64,000 nt of DNA from Asterionella formosa (taxonomy: Eukaryota), in assembly GCA_002256025.1 (NCBI GenBank), contig NKIB01012585.1, forward strand, positions 1 through 64,000. Reading direction: 5' to 3'. How positions within the stretch are numbered: position 1 is the first letter of the stretch; every line of letters begins with the position of its first letter. Below the pieces are notes generated by a model, which made no database searches, had not been told where the DNA came from, and worked only from the letters and a program-made list of their open reading frames with translations. Shown here piece by piece: positions 61,885 through 64,000 of this stretch. Both the position numbers and the translations under genes were made by a program.

Positions 61885-63918
61885 ATGGATCCCAGCAAGG
61901 AACTTCCTTTCCTGGAGGCTGCCAGGAATCGCGAGGAACAGATTCAACTGACCAATCGAATATTTCAGTCTGCACACTTGCATGGTGATGGAACACTACC
62001 AGTAGTGGAACATAGAGTTATGCGGCCGTTAACATTGAACGAAATCTCAACTCTTCAAGGACCATGCTTTTCAAAATGTAAAGATTGGGGGAAATTACGA
62101 CTCTTGTTGAACCCTGAAGAGTCTCGAATGGATCAGAGCCCCTACCTTCAGCAGATCGTTTCGTTCAATAATTTTTCTGGTGTGGTGGTAATTGGAATAA
62201 ATAGCAAAGAAATATGCGATGGAGAAGCAGATCTACCTGTGGGTATTCACTCCAATGCATTAATTTCCAATTGTATCCTTGATGCTGGTTGTCGAGTCTA
62301 TCGCAACATGTGCATGGTAGATACATATGTGGGTATCGCGGCCTCTGTCTTGAATTGTGGCAAGATTTCATGTGGGAAGAATGTTTTATATGGTCATTTG
62401 AATATCAGTGTGGGTCCGGAAAGTGGAGGAGGAAGAAATATTACTGTGACAGCCGAAAGCAATATGATTGATGTTTGCCAGAAGCTAGGAGTTTCCAAAA
62501 TATGTACCCCCAGCAATATTCCGCCCACAATGTGTAACATGAATTTCATTGGAGCGGGCTGTATGGTTCGAGATACACCTACTATCGACAGCGTTTTCTT
62601 AGCTTCGACTTCTACAATTGAAGGTGCAACTTCAGTACGTAATTCTGTCTTGCTCCCAACTGCTAAAGTTGGCAATGCTTGCACTGTTAACAGAGTTATG
62701 CTACAATGGAACGCCTCAATCATGGATCACTCTTACATATCAGATACGCTACTAATGGAGCATGCACACGCCGGTCCAAAAAGCTTAGTTGTAAAAAGCA
62801 TTCTTGGCCCAGACGTTCATGTTGCCGCAGGTGAAATGCATTCGTCCTTGATTGGACCAAATACAAATGCGCATCATCAGTCTCTAGTAATTGGAGTCTT
62901 ATGGCCATTAGGGAGAGGCAACGTTGGATATGGAGCAAACGTTGGATCGAATCATACCGGTCGATTGCCGGATCAAGAAACTTGCTCAGGCGAAGGGACC
63001 TTTTGGGGATTAAGTTGCGTCGTTAAATTCCCAGTTGACCTTTCTTATTCTCCCTACACCATTGTGGCTGCTGGAACAACAGTCGGACCTCAGCGAATTG
63101 CTATGCCGTTTTCTTTGCTCGTTGATATGAATGGTGAAACTCAAATCATCCCCGCATGGTCATTGCAAAGTTCGCCATATACTTTGACTCGAAATGCGAA
63201 TAAATACGCTAATCGTCGAAAGGCAACGCACCACAAGTTTTACACGGGATGGGAAATGATTCGACCCGATATTGTTGATATGTGCTGGATAGCTCGAGAG
63301 TCCTTGCGAGGAATTTCACAATTGGCGCCAGAGTACAAAACTGAACGAATTGTTCCTGGAATCGGTGGTGCAACATTGTCAGAAAAGGCGCGCCAATCAG
63401 GTATACATGCCTACACTCAATGTATTCAGCGATATGCTCTCGGAGGCTTCTTAGAATGGATTCAAATCAACCGGGGTAGCAAACTTCTGCTGAATTTGGA
63501 ACAGGAATTTCAAGACGTGACTATCAGTGACTCAAACATGGACATTTTGACCAAGCCGTCTTGGCCAATTCTGCCTTGGGAAGTGGACATGTCAACCACT
63601 TGGATCCACCAGAAGTCCATCTTACGATCTGAGTTCCCAATGTGTGGAGATTGGGCCGCGTGGGTTGCTGATTTACTCCATGCATGCATGAAAGTTGAGA
63701 CTGAATACGCAAATGGAGTCTATAAGAGCAAGAAACGCGACGACGTTAGAGGAGTCGATACAATACCTGGTTACATGGACTCTCATGTTGCAGCAGAAGA
63801 CGACGAGGTAATCAAGAATGCGAATGAAGCAGCAAAGCGAATAGCAACATTGGCGGAAGACTTGTTAGTGACATTGTCAAAATTTGGTGTTTTGAACTCA
63901 TCTAGGAGTCGACTATGA
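61885..63918 (+). CDS. DUF4954-like protein with left-handed beta-helix-type repeats
   Basis: Intronless 677-aa ORF. Motif GE...SLIGP...HHQSLVIG.LWP.GRGNVGYGANVGSNHTGRLPDQE...GEGTFWGL...KFP, recalled as DUF4954-type. Confidence 0.7.
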   Translation: MDPSKELPFLEAARNREEQIQLTNRIFQSAHLHGDGTLPVVEHRVMRPLTLNEISTLQGPCFSKCKDWGKLRLLLNPEESRMDQSPYLQQIVSFNNFSGVVVIGINSKEICDGEADLPVGIHSNALISNCILDAGCRVYRNMCMVDTYVGIAASVLNCGKISCGKNVLYGHLNISVGPESGGGRNITVTAESNMIDVCQKLGVSKICTPSNIPPTMCNMNFIGAGCMVRDTPTIDSVFLASTSTIEGATSVRNSVLLPTAKVGNACTVNRVMLQWNASIMDHSYISDTLLMEHAHAGPKSLVVKSILGPDVHVAAGEMHSSLIGPNTNAHHQSLVIGVLWPLGRGNVGYGANVGSNHTGRLPDQETCSGEGTFWGLSCVVKFPVDLSYSPYTIVAAGTTVGPQRIAMPFSLLVDMNGETQIIPAWSLQSSPYTLTRNANKYANRRKATHHKFYTGWEMIRPDIVDMCWIARESLRGISQLAPEYKTERIVPGIGGATLSEKARQSGIHAYTQCIQRYALGGFLEWIQINRGSKLLLNLEQEFQDVTISDSNMDILTKPSWPILPWEVDMSTTWIHQKSILRSEFPMCGDWAAWVADLLHACMKVETEYANGVYKSKKRDDVRGVDTIPGYMDSHVAAEDDEVIKNANEAAKRIATLAEDLLVTLSKFGVLNSSRSRL

Positions 63919-64000
63919 ATACCAGGGAGAATATACTCTAATTTATTTTTAAAAATCACTGCTAAATAAAACTCTTTCGAAGGGACCATCTCGCGAGCGA

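Overview
Eukaryotic genomic window, most likely a diatom. This is inferred from short GT-AG introns, the compact gene layout and diatom-type TE families. Gene islands lie at about 12-24.3 kb and 49.6-64 kb: ferroportin, MCCC2, a large hypothetical protein, RER1, a membrane-anchored GNAT protein, mitochondrial ClpX, proteasome beta-2 (PSMB2), a DUF4954-like beta-helix protein and several hypotheticals. Two decayed-TE blocks lie at 1-12 kb and 24.6-49.5 kb. They hold a DIRS/Ngaro-like tyrosine-recombinase remnant, two related short-LTR Ty3/gypsy elements, a Crypton-like element, an Ambal-like LINE, a copia fragment and a near full-length Ty1/copia with a nested insertion. Most unusual observations: (1) the copia LTR ends read AG...CT instead of TG...CA, with a perfect 10-bp terminal inverted repeat and a half-tRNA-type PBS; (2) both gypsy copies sit in (C)CAGG target sites and have no tRNA-type PBS; (3) an unclassifiable 1.18-kb insertion has a 13-bp TSD and an Asn-rich repeat ORF; (4) an inverted GNAT gene pair with patchwork identity brackets a 14-kb TE block. 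All family calls come from motif recognition by eye; no database searches were run.
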